NCBI GenBank assembly: GCA_963794325.1
Contig: CAWCDG010000002.1
Location: 128,001 to 192,000, forward strand
Direction: 5' to 3'
Length of the DNA: 64,000 nucleotides
DNA from: an uncultured delta proteobacterium
GTDB lineage: Bacteria; Desulfobacterota; Binatia; Binatales; Binataceae
Shown: positions 1 through 8,478 of the stretch, piece by piece
Numbering within the stretch: position 1 is the stretch's first letter
Layout: each line of letters starts with the position of its first letter
The notes under the pieces: model-generated
The model's database searches: none
What the model saw: the letters and a program-made list of their open reading frames with translations, nothing else
Told to the model about the DNA's origin: nothing
Position numbers and translations under genes: made by a program

Positions 1-677
1 CCGATATCCGCGAGCTGATCCGCTACAACCTCGCGCAGGAAGGCTTCGTCGTCGAGGAAGCAGTCGACGGCGTGCAGGCGCTCGACAAGGTCAAGCGGCG
101 GGTGCCCGATCTGATGGTGCTCGACCTGATGCTGCCGGGGATGCCGGGCTTGCAGGTATGCCGCCAGATGCGCGCCGAGCGCGAAACGGCGCATCTGCCG
201 ATTCTGATCGTGACGGCCAAGGGCACCGAGGTGGACAAGGTGCTGGGGCTGGAGATGGGCGCCGACGATTACGTCGTGAAGCCGTTCAGTCCGCGCGAGC
301 TGGTGGCGCGCGTCAAGGCGTTGCTGCGTCGCGCGAATCCGCTCTCAGAGCCGGACTCCGGCGGCGGCGCGTACGAGAAGGGACGCCTGCGGATGGACTT
401 CGGCACCTACCAGGTATTCGTCGAGGACGCGCGCAGAGAGCTTGCGCTACGGGAGTTCGAACTGCTGAAATTTTTTGTGCAACATCCGATGCGAGTCTAT
501 ACGCGCGAACAACTGCTCGACATGGTGTGGGGGCGCGACACGTTCGTCGAACCGCGGACCGTCGACGTGCACGTGCGCCGCTTGCGCCAGCATATCGAGC
601 GCGATGACGCCAATCCGGAATTGATCCTCACGGTGCGAAGCGTGGGCTATCGCTTCAACCCCGAAGCGCTTGGATAG
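1..677 (+). CDS. phoB: OmpR/PhoB-family response regulator, 5'-truncated by the window edge
   Basis: Frame is open from base 3 (DIRELIRYNLAQEGF); receiver motifs LDLMLPG, TAKG, GADDYVVKPFS; winged-helix RTVDVHVRRLR and TVRSVGYRF; followed by a PhoR-like kinase. Confidence 0.85.
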   Translation, partial: DIRELIRYNLAQEGFVVEEAVDGVQALDKVKRRVPDLMVLDLMLPGMPGLQVCRQMRAERETAHLPILIVTAKGTEVDKVLGLEMGADDYVVKPFSPRELVARVKALLRRANPLSEPDSGGGAYEKGRLRMDFGTYQVFVEDARRELALREFELLKFFVQHPMRVYTREQLLDMVWGRDTFVEPRTVDVHVRRLRQHIERDDANPELILTVRSVGYRFNPEALG

Positions 678-2073
678 ATCGCCGACCGCCGGGTTGATCG
701 CAGCGATAGGAATCGGTCTCGCACCGGCATCAATATTACTAGTAGTGCTAGCCGCCACCGGGGCCGCATCGCCGGTCTGGGTGGTGGTCGTGATCGTGCT
801 CGGACTTGCGTTGGGCGCGATTCCCGCTCGCATTATCGGACGATCGCTGATGCGTCGTGCAGAAAGACTCGATGCGGTCGCGTCCGCGCTGCAAGAGAGG
901 CGTCCGCCACCGCATCTGCTGCCCGAAGGAGACGATGCGATGGGCCGGGCGGAGCGCCATCTGCTGGACTCCGCCGACGCGATCGTCGCCGACGTGGACT
1001 CGCTCGCCGAGCAACGCGATGAGTTCGAGGCGATCCTGCGGAACATGGCTGAGGCGGTGGTCGTCACCGGTGCGCGCGGCGAGGTGATCCTGCTCAACGG
1101 CGCGGCGCGGCGTATCTTCGCTCTGGGAGCCGATACGGACTATCGCGATCGGCCGTTCGTCGAATTGTGCCGCGACCCGCGCCTGCAGGAATTCGCGGGG
1201 CGATCGATGCGATCCGCCGCCAACGAGGTCACTATCGCGGAGATCATGATCCAGAATCCGGCGCCACTCCACGTCAGCGCGAGCGCCGCGCAGATTCGCA
1301 CCTCGCGCGGCGCCGCATGGGTGTTCGTCTTTCACGACATCACGCAGCTCAAGTCGTACGAGACGCTGCGCGCGGACTTTATTTCGAATCTCACGCATGA
1401 GCTGCGCACCCCGCTGAGCGCGTTGTATGGGTATGCCGAGACGCTCATCCAGGGCGTGGACGATCGCGAGACGCAGACGCGGTTTCTCGGAATAATCGAG
1501 CGGCAGGCGCGACGGCTTGCGCGGTTGCTCGACGACCTAGTCTCGCTGTCGGATTTGGAGCGCGGGCTGACGCCATTGAAGATCGAACAGCTCGAGCCGT
1601 CGCGCGTCTTGTCAGAGGCGGCGGAACTGATGCAGGAGCAGGCAGGACGCCGCGGCCTGCGCCTGTCAGTAAACTGCCCGGACGGATTGCCGAAGGTAGC
1701 CGGCGATCGCGACCGGCTGCATCAGGTGATGCTCAACTTGATCGATAACGCGATCAAATACACGCCGCGCGAAGGGCGCGTCACAGTCGAGGCGCGCGAA
1801 GCGTCCGAGTCCAACGGAGCCGGCGCAAAGCCGGGCGTCGCGCTGGTGGTGGTGGATACCGGGGAGGGAATTCCGGCGGCGGATATCCCGCGGCTGACGG
1901 AGCGATTTTATCGCGTCGATCGCGCGCGCTCGCGCGAGCTGGGCGGCACGGGACTGGGGCTGGCGATCGTCAAGCATATCGTGCAGTTGCATCATGGGGC
2001 GCTGAGGATCGAGAGCAAGGTGCATGAGGGGACAACGGTGTCGGTGTGGATCCCGGCGGCCGCGCAGAGTTGA
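670..2073 (+). CDS. phoR: PhoR-like membrane sensor histidine kinase with PAS domain
   Basis: N-terminal hydrophobic segments; H-box DFISNLTHELRTPL; NLIDNAIKYTP; ERFYRVDRARSRELGGTGLGLAIVKH. Confidence 0.85.
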   Translation: MDRSPTAGLIAAIGIGLAPASILLVVLAATGAASPVWVVVVIVLGLALGAIPARIIGRSLMRRAERLDAVASALQERRPPPHLLPEGDDAMGRAERHLLDSADAIVADVDSLAEQRDEFEAILRNMAEAVVVTGARGEVILLNGAARRIFALGADTDYRDRPFVELCRDPRLQEFAGRSMRSAANEVTIAEIMIQNPAPLHVSASAAQIRTSRGAAWVFVFHDITQLKSYETLRADFISNLTHELRTPLSALYGYAETLIQGVDDRETQTRFLGIIERQARRLARLLDDLVSLSDLERGLTPLKIEQLEPSRVLSEAAELMQEQAGRRGLRLSVNCPDGLPKVAGDRDRLHQVMLNLIDNAIKYTPREGRVTVEAREASESNGAGAKPGVALVVVDTGEGIPAADIPRLTERFYRVDRARSRELGGTGLGLAIVKHIVQLHHGALRIESKVHEGTTVSVWIPAAAQS

Positions 2074-2114
2074 ATCGAAGAAAGGAAAAAAAGATTAATC
2101 ACCTCCGCAGTGGG

Positions 2115-2166
2115 CGGCAGGGGTGACCTCCTTCGGCTTCGCTCAGGACAGGCTCTGCACCCAGTG
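2115..2166 (+). repeat. Family-A repeat core (GGCAGGGGTGACC..CTGCACCCAGTG) interrupted by a 25-bp insert at 2130-2154
   Basis: Matches copies at 12141, 14158, 17999 and 30878 once CCTTCGGCTTCGCTCAGGACAGGCT is removed. Confidence 0.8.
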
Positions 2167-2264
2167 TCCGGAAAACGAACAGGCGCTGCGCGCCTGTTCG
2201 AAAAAGTTCAAATGGCAGGACGAAAAGAGACTGGACATAGGTGCGGGAATTTTGTATGAAATAA

Positions 2265-2353
2265 CTACCTACAGTAGAAACTGGCTGGTTTGTACTTCTC
2301 CAGACCAGTCAGTTGCGGGCCAGCGGAACTTCTCCCGCTGGCCCGATTTTTTT
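2265..2353 (+). ncRNA. Candidate ~90-nt small RNA with two hairpins sharing an ACUUCUC loop, ending in an intrinsic terminator
   Basis: Hairpin 2279-2314 (loop TACTTCTC); hairpin 2316-2345 (loop AACTTCTC) followed by T7; possible promoter TGGACA-17-TATGAA at 2232-2260. Confidence 0.45.
2316..2353 (+). terminator. Rho-independent terminator
   Basis: Perfect 11-bp GC stem CGGGCCAGCGG/CCGCTGGCCCG followed by ATTTTTTT. Confidence 0.8.
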
Positions 2354-2413
2354 CGGTCAAAACCGAGCGGCTTGCTCGCGAGGCTGTGATGTGAAAATTT
2401 CTAGGGTTCGGAT

Positions 2414-2490
2414 GCGCCATTAGCTCAGTGGATTAGAGCGGATGACTACGGATCATCAGGTCGGGGGTTCAAGTCCCTCATGGCGCACCA
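2414..2490 (+). tRNA. tRNA-Arg(ACG)
   Basis: 77 nt; acceptor stem GCGCCAT/ATGGCGC with ACCA end; D arm TAGCTCAGTGGATTAGAGC; anticodon arm GATGA-CTACGGA-TCATC; T loop GGTTCAAGTCC. Confidence 0.97.
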
Positions 2491-2574
2491 AATTCCCCAT
2501 TGATTTCAAAGCTTCTGCGAATCGTGTGGCGACGCACCTGCGGATTATGAATGTCTTATGAATGAATTCGCGCA

Positions 2575-2596
2575 GGCCAAGAAAAGCCCGCGCGGT
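2575..2596 (+). repeat. 22-bp direct repeat, copy 1 (GGCCAAGAAAAGCCCGCGCGGT)
   Basis: Identical to 3427-3448. Confidence 0.9.
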
Positions 2597-2604
2597 GTAC
2601 TCAT

Positions 2605-3267
2605 TCAAGATGCGCCACGTAATACAGCGAATGGAAATTGGATTAACCTGATCATCAGGTGCAATACCTGTTCCCATCTGCCGCCGTCGAGCTGCTCGGG
2701 GATAGTGATGGCACATTTGGCACCGCACACGGGGCAGGCGAAGGAAAGTGGGATAGTATTGTCGATCTTGAGGTCAACAACGAGCTTGCCGGACGTGATA
2801 TCCTCCTGCAAAGCGCCCTCATAGTGCGCTGTGATGGAGTCGCCCCACGGCCAGGTGCAGTGGTTGGAACCGAACGGATCAGTCGAGGTGCAGCCCCGAT
2901 CGAAGGTGAGTTCCCCAGTTGCATGCTGAATAGTGTTCACAGTGCGGTCGAAAGAAACACCGGTAAGATCGGCTTCCGCGTCGGTGGAGATTTTGAAAAT
3001 TACGCCACCGCTTTGGTCAGCGACCTGGACAGTACCCGTAACAGAGACTGCGGATAGTTCGCCGCTTTCGACAATGCCCAGGGGATTCATATCGGGGAGG
3101 GTGAAGTCTGTGAAGGTGGAGGGAACGATTGTAGCCGCGATCGGGCAAGCAGGCATGGCGAAGGTCAAGGTCTTGGTAATTTTGTCCTTGGGCGGTGCGC
3201 CATATATCGCCCCCGCCCACAGCAATGTAGCGCACAGTGCAACAAGCGTCAGGCTTCTTTTTCTCAT
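2605..3267 (-). CDS. Secreted cysteine-containing hypothetical protein, possibly ML-domain-like
   Basis: Purine-rich RBS (GGCGGAGAG) before ATG 3267; signal peptide MRKRSLTLVALCATLLWAGA; motifs MPACP, GSNHC, CPVCGAKC. Confidence 0.7.
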   Translation of the reverse strand: MRKRSLTLVALCATLLWAGAIYGAPPKDKITKTLTFAMPACPIAATIVPSTFTDFTLPDMNPLGIVESGELSAVSVTGTVQVADQSGGVIFKISTDAEADLTGVSFDRTVNTIQHATGELTFDRGCTSTDPFGSNHCTWPWGDSITAHYEGALQEDITSGKLVVDLKIDNTIPLSFACPVCGAKCAITIPEQLDGGRWEQVLHLMIRLIQFPFAVLRGAS

Positions 3268-3426
3268 TATCTCTCCGCCCTTGGAATTCACGCGTGGATT
3301 TAGCCATGAACGATAGCACAGGCGTGAAGATTGTTAAAATGCAACGCTAAGGTCGGCGATATTGGGAGTTCTGGAGTCCTGTAATCTTTAGCCAGCAAAA
3401 GGTCCGCTTTGCCGGCCTCGGTCGCT

Positions 3427-3468
3427 GGCCAAGAAAAGCCCGCGCGGTTGATGTGCCCGCGCGGGCTT
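3427..3468 (-). terminator. Hairpin with T-tract on the minus strand; contains copy 2 of the 22-bp direct repeat
   Basis: AAGCCCGCGCGG(3436-3447)/CCGCGCGGGCTT(3457-3468) preceded by an A-run on the plus strand. Confidence 0.6.
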
Positions 3469-3512
3469 CATCGGTGCGATCGAGGCCGAGCTAAGCAGCG
3501 GGCCGCCGCCAA

Positions 3513-3543
3513 GTCGGGGGTTCAAGTCCCTCATGGCGCACCA
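3513..3543 (+). repeat. tRNA-Arg 3'-end direct repeat (att-like), 31 bp
   Basis: GTCGGGGGTTCAAGTCCCTCATGGCGCACCA is identical to 2460-2490. Confidence 0.95.
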
Positions 3544-3591
3544 TTCTTTCTCCACAGACTTCGGAAATTGTCTCAGTCTGGGCTTGGTCCG

Positions 3592-3684
3592 GATCCTAAC
3601 CTCTCCTTGTCCGAGAGAGCTTTGCATAGCGCGGTTAGGCTTTCTTCCCCTCTCCCTGTTAGGGAGAGGATCAAGGTGAGGGTC
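3592..3684. repeat. Family-D terminal fragment plus a family-E palindromic repeat
   Basis: ATCCTAACCTCTCCTTGTCCGAG matches the 32181 end; TTCCCCTCTCCCTGTTAGGGAGAGGATCAAGGTGAGGG is an E-type hairpin. Confidence 0.65.
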
Positions 3685-3833
3685 CGATTACAGCGCGCCG
3701 TTTCGCGCGCGATTCAAGATTCTGCTCCTTGATTCTGTCCACCGAGGTTGCGCAAAGCTCTCTTGTCCGAGGTGAGCCGAAGAGTGAGTCGGACTATTTG
3801 TCGGTAATGCGGCGGTTTGCTAACTGAACGTCG

Positions 3834-4160
3834 ATGAACCCACGCCACGCCGCCGCTCTTGCGCTTGTGGGATGGTATCTGATGGTGCCGCCGAACAAGA
3901 GAGAAGATGCGCCGCTCAGTGAATGGACCATTTCGCGTTCTTATGATTCAGCAGAAGCGTGCCAATCTGCGCAGAACAAAAACAGAGATCAAGCCGCCGC
4001 GAAACAGAAGCAATACGACAGCATGACAGACCAGCAGCGACGTAATCTTGAACATAACCAACAGGCATTTGATCAAGAGACGAACGACAGAGATAACTTT
4101 GATGCGGCTTTTCAGTCAGCCTGTATCGCGAGCGACGATCCGCGACTCAAGGAAAAGTAG
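3834..4160 (+). CDS. Small hypothetical protein with HAAALALVGWYLMxPP N-terminus and CIAxDDPRLK C-terminus
   Basis: ATG-start 108-aa ORF, hydrophobic N-terminus, two Cys, Q/N/D-rich middle. Confidence 0.75.
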   Translation: MNPRHAAALALVGWYLMVPPNKREDAPLSEWTISRSYDSAEACQSAQNKNRDQAAAKQKQYDSMTDQQRRNLEHNQQAFDQETNDRDNFDAAFQSACIASDDPRLKEK

Positions 4161-4245
4161 GATGAGACCTTCACGGGATGCCGCGCTCGCGAGTTCTGAC
4201 GCTTTCTTTCGCGTATGGCTTAGATGAGATGGAGGTCAAAGAGCC

Positions 4246-4656
4246 TTGGGTGCGATAGTAACCGGAATACTCAGCGGCGTTCTCAGTAGCCTTCTCACCA
4301 TTTACCTGGCGCCGCGTGCGCGCCACGCCTTTTGGTCGCGAGAACGAATAACTGAACTAAGGCTCGCTACCTACGATAAGGTCAACGAGATCACCGCTGC
4401 TCTCTACGTGCGAGAACCCGCCGATTCGCGGCTTGTTCCGTTCGGAGTCGACGCTGACCTAAAGGAGCTACATACTTCCTTTATGACCGCACACAATGAG
4501 GTGAGGAATCGATTTTCCGAGACGGCTCTGCGCGCCTACGAGAAGCTCCAAGTCCTTGTCGAAGCGAACGGCATCGTCCGGGCGAACCGAACGTCCTATT
4601 CGGTAGCCAGAGATGCAGTCTTACGCCAGCTTCATAGCGAGTCGGTCGCCTTTTGA
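4246..4656 (+). CDS. Hypothetical protein with N-terminal transmembrane helix
   Basis: GGAGG RBS upstream of TTG start; hydrophobic N-terminus then helical soluble part. Confidence 0.55.
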   Translation: MGAIVTGILSGVLSSLLTIYLAPRARHAFWSRERITELRLATYDKVNEITAALYVREPADSRLVPFGVDADLKELHTSFMTAHNEVRNRFSETALRAYEKLQVLVEANGIVRANRTSYSVARDAVLRQLHSESVAF

Positions 4657-4768
4657 GCGGAACCGCGCGGTCACCTTCGGGGATCTCTGCCGCCCACCAC
4701 GCAATGCCCGTGCGCGTGAAACATGGCTTGCGCAACGAACTGGTGGTTACGGTCGGATACCGAGCGCT

Positions 4769-5334
4769 TACGCTTCGCGAAAACGCCTTGAGAACATTGA
4801 CCGAAAGCGGCTGTGCGCAGCCGAAGTCATAAGCGGAATCTAACTACGGATCATCAGGTCGGGGGTTCAAGTCCCTCATGGCGCACCATCCTGTTTCGTT
4901 GAATTAAGATAAATCGGACTCGCCGTCTGATTCCCTCGCCCCACGTGGGGAGAGGGTTAGGGTCAGGGACATTTGTGCGGCGCGGATGTTTGTTGCTCCG
5001 TACATTCTCAATCCGGAATCCGAACGTGTTGTCCCTCACCCGCCACGCGAGGACGCGCGGCGGCCTCCCCCCTCGTGGGGGAGGCGAGATTCTTTGCCGC
5101 AGCGGTTCTGAATGACACGGAGACGCGTGTTGCTTGGATGCATCGGAATGTGCGGCGCAGGACAATTGCCGCACAGTTGTCCGCCGCCCTAACCCTCCTC
5201 CCATATGGAGGAGGGAACCGGATTGGTGCTCGACTGTGTGTGCGGGGTGGCGTAACGATCGAGCGACCGGAGGAGCATTCTCGAATGGCGGCTGTACTTG
5301 ATTTTTCGAAGGCTTATCGTGTTGACCATGGGCG
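4769..5334 (+). repeat. Diverged duplicate block, copy 1 (att arm, tRNA 3' half, palindromic repeats, ppk2 start)
   Basis: Colinear similarity with 6582-7050; copy 1 carries an extra ~120 bp around 5093-5218. Confidence 0.9.
4843..4888 (+). repeat. tRNA-Arg 3'-half direct repeat (att-like), 46 bp
   Basis: ACTACGGATCATCAGG...GGCGCACCA is identical to 2445-2490 and includes the anticodon loop. Confidence 0.95.
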
Positions 5335-5335
5335 A
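5285..5335 (+). pseudogene. 17-codon remnant of the ppk2-like gene start
   Basis: GGAGG RBS then MAAVLDFSKAYRVDHGR, homologous to MAAVSDFSKPYRVDHGR at 7001. Confidence 0.7.
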
Positions 5336-5428
5336 GTAGCGCTCGTCCTCGCCGGCTCGGCTTGTGTTAGACGCGCCCGCGATATACACGGTGAGCATTC
5401 CGGTACGCATTCCGAGGAAGGAGCTTAC

Positions 5429-6431
5429 ATGCAGATGATTCGCGACCTCACTGGACGAGGTCGTCTTCTGACAGCGGTCATTGTGTTTCTAATGTTGATT
5501 TGCGGGACGCCGTCGCACGCATGGTGCGGAAGCGCGAACCTGTGGATTTCATTCAGCGGCACCGGCATCTATTCATACACATCAAAACGACTCAAGAAGA
5601 GCGGGATGCCGTCGCCAATTCATCTGAGCACGTTTAATTACGTTTCAGGACTTGCCTTCGACAAGTCCAATAACGTTTGGGTGGTTGTCGATAACAACGA
5701 GGTGGTGGAATTTACTGCCGCGCAACTCAAGAACCTGAAAAGCAATCCAAGCCCGACGCCCTCGGTGGTCATTACAGGTACGTCTACGTTCAAGAGTATC
5801 GATGGCTGCAACTTCGACCAGCACGGTAACCTCTGGGTGGTAGACGACTTCGGCCCCTCGATCGATCAGCTGTCCCAGGCACAGCTGGCTGCTGGCAGCG
5901 GAAATGTAACGCCCGCCATAGTCATCACATTCCGCTGATCTGGATGGCCCATCCTTTGTGACGTTCGACAAAGGCGGGAATGCGTGGGTAGATAGTTCGG
6001 GCAATGACAAGATAGCCGAATTCTCCGCCAGCCAACTGACGAGCGGCGGCAGCAAGCCGGCCAATGTAGTGCTGTCCGATGACGGCAGCGGTACCAGCCT
6101 TAACGAGCCAGGCGAGATCGCGTTCGACAAGAACGGCAACCTTTGGGTCCCAAGCTATGGCTCGAACACGGTCGTAAAGTATGCGAAGAGTCAACTGACC
6201 AGCTCCGGCAGCCCCGCTCCGACAGTGAAGTTGAGCAGCGCCATTTTTAACGGACCATGGGGCGCGGCATTCTCGAGCAAAGGCGGTCTGGCGATCGTGA
6301 ACTACAGCGACGGAACGATCGCCGCGTTCTCGTCCAAGCAATTGAAGGCAAGCGGCGCCCCTGTTCCAAAAGCCTCAGTGACGGGTAACGGTACCGACAG
6401 CTCCCAGATTGTCTTCGGGCCGGCTTCGTAG
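5429..6431 (+). CDS. Secreted NHL-like repeat beta-propeller protein; +1 frameshift near 5930
   Basis: AAGGAG RBS; signal peptide; repeated FDxxGNLWV...QL...P units across ORFs 4973-5938 and 5958-6431; removing one T at 5930/5931 restores ITSADLDGPSFVTFDK. Confidence 0.8.
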
Positions 6432-6581
6432 CGATACCGCGGGCCGGCACGTTCGCCAGGTTGAACTGAGCGCGCGGCACTGCCAAATCGTCATCAAGCG
6501 CGAGCGCGTCGGAACGAGCAGACGCTGTCGCTATGATCGAACTATGATCAAACGCTCGGCTGCTGGCGAATATTCAGGGCA

Positions 6582-7050
6582 TACGCTTCGCGGAAAGTCT
6601 CGAAAATATTGACCGAAAGCAACCGAGAGCAAACGAAGTCATAGGCGGAATCTGATTACGGTCATCAGGTCGGCGGTTCAAGTCCCGCGTGGCGCACCAT
6701 TCCGTTTCGTTGAATTCAAGAACAAATGCGGCCTCGCCGTCTGATTCCCTCGGCCCAGGTGGGGAGAGGGTTAGGGTGAGGGACATCTCTGCGGCGCGGA
6801 TGTCCGTTGCGCCGCAGATTTGGAATTTTCGGAAATTTTGGTCCCTCACCCGCCGCGCGAGGACGCGCGGCGGCCTCTCCCCTCGACGGGCGAGGCAAGA
6901 TCCATTCGCCCTCCAAGGCTCGCGTTCGGATTGACCCAGTGGCTCGACTGTCGAATGCGGGGTGGTGTAACGATCGAGCGAACCGGAGGAGCATCTATCG
7001 ATGGCAGCTGTGTCTGATTTCTCGAAGCCGTACCGGGTTGACCATGGGCG
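6582..7050 (+). repeat. Diverged duplicate block, copy 2, with degenerate tRNA-Arg 3' half at 6653-6699
   Basis: TGATTACG-GTCATCAGGTCGGCGGTTCAAGTCCCGCGTGGCGCACCA; flanks align to 4769-5334. Confidence 0.9.
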
Positions 7051-7195
7051 GAAGTTTCGGTTGAAGGATTTCGATCCTGGCGATACCAGCGGGGTCGAAT
7101 CGAAAAAGCATGGCGCAGAGGAATTGCCGCGCGGGATCGAGCGGCTGATCGAATTGCAGGACAAGCTCTACGCGCAGGAAGGCAATCATCACTGA
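7001..7195 (+). pseudogene. ppk2: N-terminal fragment of a polyphosphate kinase 2 (PPK2) family gene
   Basis: KFRLKDFDPGDT...GIERLIELQDKLYAQ is typical of a PPK2 N-terminus; stops before the Walker A region. Confidence 0.7.
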
Positions 7196-7274
7196 CGCCG
7201 GCGCATCGGGCGCGGGCGAATCGCGCGAGTCGATTCCGTCGCTCGACCTGTTCGATTCATCGCGAGCGTGGAGG

Positions 7275-8408
7275 ATGGTCGCGGCCGCGTTCGTCGCGAT
7301 GTTCGCGGTGTACGGGGTCGCCTACAGCTTCGGCGCGTTCTTCAAGCCGATGGCGGCGGAATTCGGCGCGCGGCGCAGCGCGACCTCGGCGGTATTCTCA
7401 ATCACGGTGCTGGTGTGGTGCGTGCTCGGTCCTATCACCGGGCATCTCTCGGACCGCTTCGGCCCGCGAATCGTGGTGGCGACCGGCGCGATTGCGATGG
7501 GAATCGGTCTCGCGCTCACCTCGATGATCGATCGCATCTGGCTCGGCTACCTGACCTACGGACTCGGGGTCGGCGTCGGAGTGGCATGCGCGTATGTGCC
7601 GATGGTTGCGGTGGTCGGTGGATGGTTCATCCGGCGGCGCAACACCGCGCTCGGAATCGCAGTGGCGGGAATCGGATTCGGCACGGTATTTGGCGCGCCG
7701 ATCGCGGCCGCCTTGATCGCGCATCTCGGATGGCGCGCGACCTATGTTGTATTTGCGATTGCGACGGCCGCGATACTGCTGGGATGCGCTTGGATCGTCG
7801 AGCGGCCGCCCGTGCATGTGACGGTGTCGCGAGTCCAAATCCGCGACGTGCTTCGCAGTCCAGCCTTCGGCTTCCTGTATGCGTCGTCGGTGATGGTCTC
7901 GGTAGTGATCTTCGTGCCGTTCGTCTATCTGCCGTCGTTTGCGCATGATCGCGGCGCGAGCGAGTTCGCCAGCGCCGCGCTGGTCGGAGTGATTGGCGGC
8001 GCGAGCGTTGCGGGACGGATGGGTCTTGGCAGTCTCGCGGATCGGGCGGGCGTGGTGCGTCTATACCAGGGGAGCTTTCTGGTGCTCGCGCTCAGTTACG
8101 GTCTGTGGCTGTCGGCGGTTTCATATCCAATGATGCTTGCGTTCGCACTGGTGATGGGGGCGGGCTACGGCGGCTACGTCGCGCTCTCGCCGGCAGTGAT
8201 TGCGCATCTGTTCGGCACGCAGCGGATGGGCACGATGCTCGGCGCGCTGTACACGAGCGGCGGAATCGGCGCGATGATCGGTCCACCGATTGTGGGATTG
8301 ATTATCGATCGAACGGGCAGTTATCGCGCGGCGATCGCGTGCGCGTTCGCAGTCGCGATGGGGTCGTTCGCGCTGCTGATTCCGCTGTGTCGCTATGAGC
8401 GACAGTAG
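7275..8408 (+). CDS. MFS transporter (OFA/MCT-like); frame is open upstream to at least 7185
   Basis: About 12 hydrophobic segments; motif A GHLSDRFGPR; upstream in-frame DSSRAW. Confidence 0.9.
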   Translation: MVAAAFVAMFAVYGVAYSFGAFFKPMAAEFGARRSATSAVFSITVLVWCVLGPITGHLSDRFGPRIVVATGAIAMGIGLALTSMIDRIWLGYLTYGLGVGVGVACAYVPMVAVVGGWFIRRRNTALGIAVAGIGFGTVFGAPIAAALIAHLGWRATYVVFAIATAAILLGCAWIVERPPVHVTVSRVQIRDVLRSPAFGFLYASSVMVSVVIFVPFVYLPSFAHDRGASEFASAALVGVIGGASVAGRMGLGSLADRAGVVRLYQGSFLVLALSYGLWLSAVSYPMMLAFALVMGAGYGGYVALSPAVIAHLFGTQRMGTMLGALYTSGGIGAMIGPPIVGLIIDRTGSYRAAIACAFAVAMGSFALLIPLCRYERQ

Positions 8409-8475
8409 GACGGAATTTATTCCGTCGATCCTGATGTGGCGTGCTTTCCTTTGACGGAATAAATTCCGTCCTACT
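8404..8475. repeat. GTAG-type REP inverted pair (REPIN), family B
   Basis: AGTAGGACGGAATTTATTCCGTC...GACGGAATAAATTCCGTCCTACT between convergent genes. Confidence 0.9.
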
Positions 8476-8478
8476 CGT

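Noticed and set aside
4973-5428. N-terminal 150 codons of ORF 4973-5938
   Set aside because: Runs through palindromic repeats and the ppk2 remnant; the RBS and signal peptide point to a start at 5429
3513-6699. Additional tRNA genes at 3513, 4843 and 6653
   Set aside because: Each lacks the 5' acceptor strand and D arm; they are 3' fragments only
2491-7000. Prophage or intact integrative element at the tRNA
   Set aside because: No integrase, structural, replication or conjugation genes are visible
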